DNA of 64,000 nt from a virus. Position 1 is the stretch's first letter. Each line of letters begins with the position of its first letter. The stretch covers positions 8,139 through 72,138 of the IMG/VR virus record IMGVR_UViG_3300036781_000303; one strand, 5' to 3'. The notes under the pieces were generated by a model. That model saw nothing but the letters and a program-made list of their open reading frames with translations. It was not told the DNA's origin and did no database searches. The translations under genes were made by a program, and so were the position numbers. This document shows, one piece after another, positions 36,682-45,372 of this stretch.

Positions 36682-37991
36682 GGCGTGCTCTCCTCGTAGC
36701 TAAGACAAGTAACAATGATGTTTGACGACGCTGTTGCATTTTCAGGATCGGCATAAAAACCGACAGTGTCAGGCGTGACGAAATCGGTACGACCTACCGT
36801 ATGAAGCTGCAACCACGTGTAGCCATCTGCAGAAATATAAGAAATACGATTTGCGCCGTCGTCTTTAAATCGAAACCACAGTTCGTCCGGTCGCTCCCAA
36901 TTTACTGGTGCAAGGTAGTCAGAATTATACGTAGTAACGTTCGAGTACTTACCAACGCCTATTGTTTGTTCCAAAGCGTTAATTGAACCAGTAGCTGATC
37001 GACCTACAAAGGCAATAACGTGCATAAGGCCATTAGTTGCATTACGCAGGTAAATGCCACAGTTTGCAAAACTTGTATTCGGTCCTACCATGCGTAGTCG
37101 TATTGTCACCGTATAGTTGCTAGAAGCAGGAAGCGCTTTTTCATAACCGCGCACGTTGGCGGTAGCAAATGGTTGTGGTGTTATGGACCTGAAAGGTCCA
37201 AAGCTAGTCAATACAGACGTTCCTTGATTCATCCATGTTGTAAGTTGCGAAGGTAAGCCGATCTTTTGACCTTTATGAAAATAGACCCATGCACCAGATA
37301 AGCCGAGCATCGTTAGCGGGCAATCAGTGCATTGATACATGTCGCCGTCGCTTGCTGGTGTACTTGGCGCAGAAGCGTAAGCACCAACAACTATATGGCT
37401 ACTGCTGCCAGATGGTCTGCCGCCTAATTCATTCAAAGCGTCTTCGACATTAATTGACGTCAAGCCACTATGCGAATCAGCAACAAACGGAATAGAAGCT
37501 GCAGCAAGCTGGATGTCACCGCTTGAATCTGGTGTTGCGCCATTTACGCTTACAACACTGTGGGTAATATCTGGCATTTCTACCCAGGTTAATGACTTTC
37601 GACCATAGAGTCTGCCATCGTTCGGCGCTTCGCCGATGCCGGCAGCGAGCACCCAATCGCTACTGGTGATATCCCATTTGTAAAGGTTGCTATCCGCTTT
37701 ATTGAAGACAAGGAAAGCTTGCACACCGCCCGCAAAGTATTGCCAGAACGAACCGTCAGAAACCCACTGCGCAACAGCACCCACATGCGTTAACCACACG
37801 CCGGTTGCACCTGTGGGCACCACATACATATCGCCATTGCTCGGTGAACCTGGCGGTGCCGTGGTGGTCATATTGATGACGCGCGTGTTGAGCAACGCAT
37901 CTATGACGTTGAGTGCCAGGTTAAGACCGGCCGCTGGGTCAAGCGTGTTTTGTGGTACGTAGGGGATATTGTTGATCGGTGTGTTCGACAT
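36678..37991 (-). CDS. tail fibre/receptor-binding protein (DUF2793-like N-terminus, lectin-like C-terminus)
   Basis: NLALNVIDALL...PPGSPSNGDMYVVP.GATG.W pattern and a beta-rich C-terminal domain. Confidence 0.8.
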   Translation of the reverse strand: MSNTPINNIPYVPQNTLDPAAGLNLALNVIDALLNTRVINMTTTAPPGSPSNGDMYVVPTGATGVWLTHVGAVAQWVSDGSFWQYFAGGVQAFLVFNKADSNLYKWDITSSDWVLAAGIGEAPNDGRLYGRKSLTWVEMPDITHSVVSVNGATPDSSGDIQLAAASIPFVADSHSGLTSINVEDALNELGGRPSGSSSHIVVGAYASAPSTPASDGDMYQCTDCPLTMLGLSGAWVYFHKGQKIGLPSQLTTWMNQGTSVLTSFGPFRSITPQPFATANVRGYEKALPASSNYTVTIRLRMVGPNTSFANCGIYLRNATNGLMHVIAFVGRSATGSINALEQTIGVGKYSNVTTYNSDYLAPVNWERPDELWFRFKDDGANRISYISADGYTWLQLHTVGRTDFVTPDTVGFYADPENATASSNIIVTCLSYEESTP

Positions 37992-38000
37992 GGCGATGGC

Positions 38001-39164
38001 CTAAAGTAGATCGTCAATGGCAGCGGCAGCGACATGCGCGCCGCGAAACTCGTTGGCATGCTGGGCTAGCTGTTTAGCCACAACTTGTGCTGCATTCAAA
38101 CGGTTGTCATCGTCTTCGAGCATAAATTGCATGAAGTCGCGTTGCTGCTGATGACCTATCGCTTTGCTTACGCCGAGCTGCTGCAGCAAATAGGCATTCG
38201 TGATGTTCTCGACATGATAAGGCATGCACATTTGCGGTATGCCAGCGGACAAGGCAGCTTGCGCCATGCCAGCGCTACCATGATGCAGGACGAATGACGC
38301 TTGCTGCAGTTGCTCGCTAAGGTCGAAATCCGTGATGACCTGCATATTTCCGGTGCTCTTGTAGCTACCGTTGCGCACGTAAACCTTGAACGGTATGCCA
38401 CTCAGACGAATGGCTGACACCAAATCATTAACGGCAGGGTACGCTTGCTGCAGATAGGCAAAGCCACGCAAATCGTGCACAGGTTCTTGCCAAGGCATCG
38501 ACCAGATAGGTCCTACGCCACGATGGGTCAAGCTGCGATGTATACCGTAATGATCGAGCGCCGGGTAACAGAAAGGGATTAATCTCGTCGGTTGCAGCGC
38601 CTCAGCTGTGCTTGTGAAACGGCGATCGCTTAAGGCATGAATGGTTGCAAGCAACTTGGCATCTGTGAACAAAGGCGTATTAGGCCAATGGTCGAACTGT
38701 GCGTAAGGGGCGAAGCCTTCGCGCATCTCAGGCAAGCCGAAGCTCGTACCTATACCGATGCAAGGACGATTGGCCAGCTTAGCCGCCAGCATGGCCACAG
38801 GGGCGGTCTCGGCTACAACGACATCGATGGTGCGCTCGAAAATGATATCGGCAAGACGCTGCGCCAGCGGCTGCAGTCGTTGCGAATCATCGAAAGCATG
38901 CAGACCAAGTACATCCAAAAAGCTGTTGGCGCGATAAACCTGCATGGGTTGCAGGTATTGATTCAAGCTTGGATAGTGTGGCAGTACAAAGTGCTCGACT
39001 GCCCAGCCATGCTGTTGCACCAAGTGTGATGCTGTCGTTTGGCTGGCAGAAAGCGCGAATATCGCCGTATGTCCTGCTTCGCGTAGAAGCTCAGCCACGG
39101 CCATGAGATTGCGCACGTGGCCGTGGCCGTCCCCTATTTCCCAGCAGCATAGAATGCGTGCCAT
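38001..39164 (-). CDS. GT-B fold glycosyltransferase (GT1/GT28-like)
   Basis: RILCCWEIGDGHGHV N-terminal motif and VLHHGSAG...ALSAGIPQ..MP...E...NA nucleotide-sugar motif. Confidence 0.85.
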   Translation of the reverse strand: MARILCCWEIGDGHGHVRNLMAVAELLREAGHTAIFALSASQTTASHLVQQHGWAVEHFVLPHYPSLNQYLQPMQVYRANSFLDVLGLHAFDDSQRLQPLAQRLADIIFERTIDVVVAETAPVAMLAAKLANRPCIGIGTSFGLPEMREGFAPYAQFDHWPNTPLFTDAKLLATIHALSDRRFTSTAEALQPTRLIPFCYPALDHYGIHRSLTHRGVGPIWSMPWQEPVHDLRGFAYLQQAYPAVNDLVSAIRLSGIPFKVYVRNGSYKSTGNMQVITDFDLSEQLQQASFVLHHGSAGMAQAALSAGIPQMCMPYHVENITNAYLLQQLGVSKAIGHQQQRDFMQFMLEDDDNRLNAAQVVAKQLAQHANEFRGAHVAAAAIDDLL

Positions 39165-40864
39165 CAGAACGTTACCCCTGTGCCAGGACCGGCACCAGTC
39201 AAGCTGTTGAGGGCTGCGACAGTAGCTGTCACGGGCCCGACGAAGGTCGATAGATCAGCCATGTAGCTTTGTGTGGCCACAGTTACAACCTGGGTAGTCG
39301 TGCCATCTGTCAGTGTGACCTGGTAGCCAGCGAAGTATAGGCCCATCGCAATGCTGGCACCGGCACCTAGCTTACCCACACCTTGCCAGGTAAGGACCCC
39401 GGTCGTGCCATCGCGTCGAGCGGACAAGTAAGCTACTGGATACTCTACTTGCGCTTGACCCGTGTAGGTAAACGACGTCGTCGTGACGTCTGTATCCAAA
39501 CCATTCAACGAGGTAGCGCGTATTGTCAGCGTGCGGCCAAGATAAGAAAGCTGCATCGGCAGATAGGTCAAATCGCTGCGATCGAGCAACACGAAGCGCT
39601 CACCGATCGCGTGCGTTGTAGGCGCTGTTCCTTTACGGCCACGGAACCAATAGCCCAAATGCCATGTACCCGGTGTGCTAGTTTCTGTAGCGTCGCCGAA
39701 CTGCAGGACCTCATTACCAATGATGGCCAGGTTGGTGCCGTTCTGCATTTGTGTCTGGCTGGCTGCTTCTAAACCGTCGTTAGGGTTGAGCAAGTCGACC
39801 ATGCAGGTATTGATGTCATCGGGGTACTCAAGCGGATGCGTGCCCAAGCTCGATGCCAATGTGCCGCATACGGCCGGCGTCGTGACGTTGAAGCTTGAGA
39901 AGTACGACAAACCGCCATCAAGCGACACTTCGATAAGTGCACCTTGCCAACTATCGACAGAACGGCCCAAAGCCAAATAACAACCCAGGCTGTCGTCGAT
40001 GTCATTGATGATATGAATATCGATAGGTTCGATCGTAGTCAAACCTACAATAGCCGATGGCGGTGGCGTCGGAACGTACGTTGGGTATCCTTGTACGTTG
40101 CTCACATAGGCCGACTGGCGATCTGGCAACAGCTGGTAGTCTTGAGAGCCGTCGTTAGTGTCGACCTGCGTAATGCGCAAGCGCCACACCTTGCCGTTAT
40201 ATGGCAAGAAAATGTTGTCGCCACAAACCAACTGCAGCCATGTATCAGAAAGCGAGAAGTTGAATTGTGCTTTCGAGTTTTCGACCATCACTTGGTGATT
40301 GATCGTCACTACGCGTTTCGCTTCGTCAGCATTAAGAATAACGGCCGTCTGCAAGTCCTGGCTACCAGTAGCACGCGGGTCGCCGATACGCTGGCTGATC
40401 TGCAGCGATGTGGCCAGACCGCCGTCAACGTCGAAATAATTGAGATTCAATGTCTCAGGTATAGATACGGTGTCGCCACGACTGGTCTGCTCTTGCATGG
40501 GGTCGTCAACACCCGTGCTTTGCTCGACAAGAATAAAGTCGTCCTGAGTGACAGTAGCAACGACGTCTGCACCTCGCGCAACAAAGTGCACGATGCCATC
40601 ATAATTCGATGGGTCGAACATGAAGATTTGCGCCAGCGACTGCAGCGACCCGGTGCACGGGTATTGATTGATGACAGTAAAGCCACGGCACTGCAATGAG
40701 TGTAGCTGTGATGCATCGATCGTACGTGGGTCCATGCCCGCACGCTGCGCCAGTTCCATAATGATGCTCTGCACACTATAGGTGCAGTAGCCATCAATGG
40801 CTGTCGTGGCATTACCGCCGAAGCTGCCACCACCAGAACCAGGCAAGTCGATCGAAGCTGTCAT
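39164..40864 (-). CDS. tail tip/host-specificity protein, C-terminal part (GTA gp15/Phage-tail_3-like)
   Basis: NLAIIGNEVLQF and FRGRKGT...HAIGERFVLL motifs. Confidence 0.8.
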   Translation of the reverse strand: MTASIDLPGSGGGSFGGNATTAIDGYCTYSVQSIIMELAQRAGMDPRTIDASQLHSLQCRGFTVINQYPCTGSLQSLAQIFMFDPSNYDGIVHFVARGADVVATVTQDDFILVEQSTGVDDPMQEQTSRGDTVSIPETLNLNYFDVDGGLATSLQISQRIGDPRATGSQDLQTAVILNADEAKRVVTINHQVMVENSKAQFNFSLSDTWLQLVCGDNIFLPYNGKVWRLRITQVDTNDGSQDYQLLPDRQSAYVSNVQGYPTYVPTPPPSAIVGLTTIEPIDIHIINDIDDSLGCYLALGRSVDSWQGALIEVSLDGGLSYFSSFNVTTPAVCGTLASSLGTHPLEYPDDINTCMVDLLNPNDGLEAASQTQMQNGTNLAIIGNEVLQFGDATETSTPGTWHLGYWFRGRKGTAPTTHAIGERFVLLDRSDLTYLPMQLSYLGRTLTIRATSLNGLDTDVTTTSFTYTGQAQVEYPVAYLSARRDGTTGVLTWQGVGKLGAGASIAMGLYFAGYQVTLTDGTTTQVVTVATQSYMADLSTFVGPVTATVAALNSLTGAGPGTGVTF

Positions 40865-40865
40865 G

Positions 40866-41441
40866 TCAGTTGCTCACTTCCCATTGAAATCGATAGCCCA
40901 CTGAAAAACCAACACGTAACAGATGGCCGCCTACGTCGGTTTTGAGTACGTGCTCAGTCGCGAATCGCTCGCGTTGCTGGCGCATACACAAATTGCCACT
41001 ATTGATATACGACAATAGGATATCGCTGTTACCCAAGTTGAACTGACGTTTGTCGTCCAACGCGACTTTAGGTGTTGTGCACCCAGCAGGTAAATCAAGA
41101 ATGCTGAACTCACCGGCTACAGTGTCCCACCAGTAAAGGTGTGCGCCTGTAGCATCAACGAATGAAAACGATGGGCGCCCATTCTGATCGAATGTAATGG
41201 AAAGTTCGGTTACACCCGGTGTGCTGTAAACGACCACAGGTGCCACGCCAGGTGCGTCATAGACAATGTCGGCGTTATTGACGTAGCGACCACGCCACTG
41301 CTTAGCGAAGAGTCCCGCTGTTGTATCAGAGATAGCCACAGGTCCATTGTCATAGTCGACGAGCGCCTGCGGCGCAGCGTCCCGTGGCGACAGGAACGAT
41401 GTAGGTACTGCTACAGGCGATAGGACGTTATTCGGAATCAT
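40866..41441 (-). CDS. minor tail/virion protein
   Basis: ATGA-coupled within the tail module; SITFDQNGRP, LDDKR and QQRERF segments. Confidence 0.65.
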   Translation of the reverse strand: MIPNNVLSPVAVPTSFLSPRDAAPQALVDYDNGPVAISDTTAGLFAKQWRGRYVNNADIVYDAPGVAPVVVYSTPGVTELSITFDQNGRPSFSFVDATGAHLYWWDTVAGEFSILDLPAGCTTPKVALDDKRQFNLGNSDILLSYINSGNLCMRQQRERFATEHVLKTDVGGHLLRVGFSVGYRFQWEVSN

Positions 41442-42421
41442 ACAGCTGCCCAGCTGATCGTGATCGGCCAACTATACGTTTGCGTGGTCAAATAGGTTTG
41501 CGCTGACGCAAGCAGCAATTGGAATGAAAACCACGTAAAAGCAAACGTTGCATATTGAAAATTGACAGGGTGGCCGGTTGTGAGCGTGTGCGTGGCTACA
41601 ATCTGATGTGTACCGGCCGTGTAAGAACCGAGAACAGCAGTACCAGCCGGCTGCCACGTAGCAGAGCCGCTTACGTTGGGTTGCGATGTGACGGCGGCAA
41701 ATGACGATGCATTGCTTATGCCCGAAAACCACCCAGGAAACGAGCCACCTGTGTTGACAGCTATCTTTGGTCGTTGGTTTGAGAATGGCGACGCCGAGCC
41801 CGACGCCATGCCGATGGGGCGAATCGTATAGTTAACGGCTACTGACGCGCCATCTGTGATGACGTTCAATGTGCCAGTGATATCGGCAGTCATGATGGTT
41901 TGCAGCTGATACGTAACAATCAGCTGATCGGTCGACAACAGCGTTATCGTACCTGGCGAGCCGCCCACTTGAATAAGCGCACGGCTAAAGACACGACCTG
42001 TCGCATTTTCACTAGCCAGTAGCGCACCAATTTCTGCAATGTTGCCGACAGCGCCGCCTACAGAAAAAGTGAATACATAATTGTTCTGTACGACGTAAGG
42101 CGCGACTGTGCTTGGAAACGTCAGCGTGCTCGACGTGAGATTGGTAGTAAAGCCGATGCCGGCGCCTAGCGTCGTATTGCCTGCAGCTGGCGCGGTATTG
42201 CTCGTGCCGACCGCAATACCTGCAATGCAGTTGCCGTTGACATTCGATGGCGGTCCACTACCAATGGCATCGAGACCTTGATTGACCACAAGGTTTTTGG
42301 TCTTGTAGAAATCTCGCGTGCCATCAGCGTGCTTGACCTGCAAAAGAAAAATACCACGCAGCCCAAGCTTGATGTGCGGTGGACCGAATTGCTTTTTGAT
42401 TGATTCGCGATGGCGGGTCAT
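41438..42421 (-). CDS. minor tail/fibre-like virion protein (Thr/Ser/Gly-rich)
   Basis: NLVVNQGLD, AVGTSNTAP, NIAEIG and FSRAL motifs. Confidence 0.65.
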   Translation of the reverse strand: MTRHRESIKKQFGPPHIKLGLRGIFLLQVKHADGTRDFYKTKNLVVNQGLDAIGSGPPSNVNGNCIAGIAVGTSNTAPAAGNTTLGAGIGFTTNLTSSTLTFPSTVAPYVVQNNYVFTFSVGGAVGNIAEIGALLASENATGRVFSRALIQVGGSPGTITLLSTDQLIVTYQLQTIMTADITGTLNVITDGASVAVNYTIRPIGMASGSASPFSNQRPKIAVNTGGSFPGWFSGISNASSFAAVTSQPNVSGSATWQPAGTAVLGSYTAGTHQIVATHTLTTGHPVNFQYATFAFTWFSFQLLLASAQTYLTTQTYSWPITISWAAV

Positions 42422-42432
42422 GGCGATATTTC

Positions 42433-43446
42433 CTAGTGCGTGGTTATCGTGATGTTACCTGGCGTCATACCGAAGGTAAGCGCTTCTGTATCGGAATAAG
42501 GAATGACGATGGTGTTGATAGTGATATCACCAGGCGTCATGCCAAACGTCAGTTGTTCTGGCGGATCGGTGTAATTCTTTACAATGGTATGGATCGTAAT
42601 GTCGCCGGGTGCCATAGTGAAGCTAACTGACTCAAGCGGCGAGTACGGCACAACCGTAGAATGAATCGTGATGTCACCAGGCACCATGGCAAAGCGCATA
42701 CCCTCAGTCAATTCATAATTGACCTGTTGAGTATGAATCGTAATGTCGCCAGGAACCATGGCAAACGACAACGATTCAACGTTTTGCTGGTCGTACAATT
42801 CAGACGTGTAGATCGTCCCTTCGCAGCGCAGCACTTGAAAGGTGTATTGAGGAACTGCGCCACCTTGATTCGTCAGGTCGATGTCATGCCATGCGATGTA
42901 TGCTGTACCACGCATGGCGGGCACGTTGCCTACACCGAACAGCGCTTCTAGCTCAGCGCTAGGCATCTGATCGAACGTGCCAAGAAATATCTTGGCATTC
43001 TGCAAAAACTTCGGGTTGTTCGCATTCTCATGACCAGGTCGAACGTCATAGACCAGCTTGCCGTTGGTCCATACGCGCATCACTGCCGTGATAGGACCTT
43101 CGCAGATGCCCACAGCGTAGGTGCGCAGCACGCTCTGACTTGTGGTAACAGGACCGCCTTTACCCTGACTGTTGCGATGCGTGATGATCTTCGGTTCGCT
43201 GCACGCCACAATATTGCCGCTGATCGGTTGCGACAACGCGAACACGATCGGACGAGGTACACCCTCTTGCGATGTCTGTTGCGCAATATCACCGATCGAC
43301 GGACCGCGGATAACGAGCGGGTCAACCGCATTGCCGATGGCGCTACCAATCGCCCAGCCGATCTGTGCGCCCTGCGCCGTATTACCGGACATCGAGCCGA
43401 TATAAGCGCCAACAACTGCACCGACTACGGCGAAAACTTGGCGCAT
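42433..43446 (-). CDS. tail tip protein N-terminal part with five C-terminal repeats
   Basis: Gly/Ala-rich N-terminus, GKGGP, YAVGICEGPI...RVW.NGKL and VPAMRGTAY motifs. Confidence 0.75.
   Translation of the reverse strand: MRQVFAVVGAVVGAYIGSMSGNTAQGAQIGWAIGSAIGNAVDPLVIRGPSIGDIAQQTSQEGVPRPIVFALSQPISGNIVACSEPKIITHRNSQGKGGPVTTSQSVLRTYAVGICEGPITAVMRVWTNGKLVYDVRPGHENANNPKFLQNAKIFLGTFDQMPSAELEALFGVGNVPAMRGTAYIAWHDIDLTNQGGAVPQYTFQVLRCEGTIYTSELYDQQNVESLSFAMVPGDITIHTQQVNYELTEGMRFAMVPGDITIHSTVVPYSPLESVSFTMAPGDITIHTIVKNYTDPPEQLTFGMTPGDITINTIVIPYSDTEALTFGMTPGNITITTH
42436..42780 (-). repeat. five tandem ~24-aa repeats E-x-L-x-F-x-M-x-PG[DN]ITI
   Basis: ESLSFAMVPGDITI, EGMRFAMVPGDITI, ESVSFTMAPGDITI, EQLTFGMTPGDITI, EALTFGMTPGNITI. 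Confidence 0.9.
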
Positions 43447-43865
43447 GGCCTAAAAACCTCCACGATGCATTGCACGAATCGATCGTCAAGTGCGTGCTCG
43501 ACGCACCCATTTACATTCTCGCAATGTATCAGTGATAAGCCACCATACGGATAGTCACCCATGATGGCCACATGGGTAGGCTCGCCAGGACGCCAGCGAA
43601 CCAAAGCAACGTCACCTGGTTGCCATGGCTTGTCCACAGGCTCACCCAGACGGTCCACGAGGGCGGCGCGTAGCCGGCCCTCCCAAGGCTCACGCCCATA
43701 ATGCGCCTCGTCAGCAAACGGCCAGCCAGCTGCCCTGGCAGACAGCACGAGCAAGCCCACGCAATCGAGCGCCCAGGGCTTGCGCCCGCGATGACGCCAT
43801 CTGGCGCCCTTGAGGCTTCGCGCATGGGCAATGAAGATGCGCACCTGGCGCTCGGCGGGTGTCAT
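43425..43865 (-). CDS. NlpC/P60 tail-associated peptidase
   Basis: WRHRGR...LDCVGL, PGDV, HVAI and LIH motifs. Confidence 0.9.
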   Translation of the reverse strand: MTPAERQVRIFIAHARSLKGARWRHRGRKPWALDCVGLLVLSARAAGWPFADEAHYGREPWEGRLRAALVDRLGEPVDKPWQPGDVALVRWRPGEPTHVAIMGDYPYGGLSLIHCENVNGCVEHALDDRFVQCIVEVFRPCAKFSP

Positions 43866-44770
43866 AGCTGTGCACCTGGTATTTGAATCGATGCCGTGTC
43901 GCCTACTGGGATAAGGGTCTCGGCTTTCATATTGAGGAAGTTATCGTAGGCGTCGCAGTTGGTCTTGGTCTTGTCGCAATCAGGTCGAATACGACCCGTG
44001 TCACCAACGACAATTGGGTACGGAAGTGTTTCCATCATCGATACGGTCTGTGCACCACTACTGTCGATATCGAACGATTCAACAGCAACGAGCTTGCCGG
44101 CGCTGGCGCCTGTCAGCCATTGAATGCGGCCAGGATAAAAAGGGTGTGCAGAGTCATCTAAGCCAGCAGTGTCGAAGGTGCGGTCGTTCTCAGCGCCCAC
44201 GGCTGTCACAGTGAAGTTTTGCCACAATGCGTCAGCATTGATGCCGCAGCCACGCTGCTGTGCTGCATACGTGCCAAACTCTGCACGACATGTACGTGAG
44301 TAAACATCGCCTACGTTCTGCGTCAGGCGAACGATGTAAGAAAGCAGCTCAGGTATCCACAGCATGCCGTATTGGACGCGCACCTGGCCGACATCGCCGG
44401 CATCGAGAATGACGGCGCTTCCAGTGATGGGCGTGACGTAGTTAACATAGTAACAAATCCATTGCGCGCCATCGAGCGCACCCGCATTTACCATGGCTTG
44501 TGTAACACCCGGTATGTCGTTGCTGATCAACGCATAGCCTTCGGCGTTGTCAACGCTATAGCCGACGTCGGCGCTAAACGTGGTAGGGTCGAAACCGTTC
44601 GTGGCAACGTAGGTGACCGCACCGTCGCCATGATCATACGTGACGTCACGATTGGACATGCATATGCCGTAGCTCGTGCCATCGACAAGCAATATGCGCA
44701 ACACACGCGTTAGCGTCGACGCATTGCTACTGAGGTCGAGTCGAATCGGCGTGGGTATATTGCGGCTCAT
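43862..44770 (-). CDS. DUF2163/BR0599-like tail hub protein
   Basis: YSRTCRAEFG...CG and CDKTKTNC...N.LN motifs. Confidence 0.85.
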   Translation of the reverse strand: MSRNIPTPIRLDLSSNASTLTRVLRILLVDGTSYGICMSNRDVTYDHGDGAVTYVATNGFDPTTFSADVGYSVDNAEGYALISNDIPGVTQAMVNAGALDGAQWICYYVNYVTPITGSAVILDAGDVGQVRVQYGMLWIPELLSYIVRLTQNVGDVYSRTCRAEFGTYAAQQRGCGINADALWQNFTVTAVGAENDRTFDTAGLDDSAHPFYPGRIQWLTGASAGKLVAVESFDIDSSGAQTVSMMETLPYPIVVGDTGRIRPDCDKTKTNCDAYDNFLNMKAETLIPVGDTASIQIPGAQL

Positions 44771-45372
44771 TCGTCGAACACCTCAATAAGATCGACGCTA
44801 CCGTTGATAAGAAAATCGCCACCACCTGTCTTGTTGTCGATCGAGATATTCAGCATGTCGTTGTTGAAACGCACAGGCACCCAAAACGAACCAGACCAGC
44901 GACCGATGGCACCTATGGCAGGTGCCACGGCAAACGTCACCAGGCCGGTCGTTAGATCGATGGTAGGTGACGCTGCAACGTTGTTGACGGTAATAGCCAC
45001 ACCTGGCATGGGCTTGCGAATAAACCGCGTATACGAAGCTATTCCAAAAGAACTTATTTTCGCCAGCTGAAACACGGTACTTACGCCGTCACCTTCAAAG
45101 AACACCTCGTCGACAGCTTCGTTATCGCTGTAGTCCTTAACTTTGAAGCTGTGTAGCTGGCCGCGACATGCCATGAAGACTTGCTTAAGTTGAAGCAAAT
45201 AAGCGTCGTCCAGAATGTTCTGCAGTGGCAACGTGTAGCTATGCCGACACTCGATGTTGTTGGCGTTACGACGTTCAACCCATGCCTGCGTCGTGATGAC
45301 GCGTGTGTTGAACGATGGACCACCTTGCCAGCCGAAGCCGGGGCAAAGGTCTAATTCAGCGTCGATGAACAT
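44767..45372 (-). CDS. DUF2460 distal tail protein
   Basis: GGPSFNT...ERRNAN, F.ACRGQLHSFKVKD and F.VPVRF motifs. Confidence 0.88.
   Translation of the reverse strand: MFIDAELDLCPGFGWQGGPSFNTRVITTQAWVERRNANNIECRHSYTLPLQNILDDAYLLQLKQVFMACRGQLHSFKVKDYSDNEAVDEVFFEGDGVSTVFQLAKISSFGIASYTRFIRKPMPGVAITVNNVAASPTIDLTTGLVTFAVAPAIGAIGRWSGSFWVPVRFNNDMLNISIDNKTGGGDFLINGSVDLIEVFDE

Noticed and set aside
42436-42780. Tail repeats as a diversity-generating retroelement TR/VR or an invertible shufflon
   Set aside because: No reverse transcriptase or invertase in the window. The repeats are in-frame protein repeats without adenine-specific differences that I could see.
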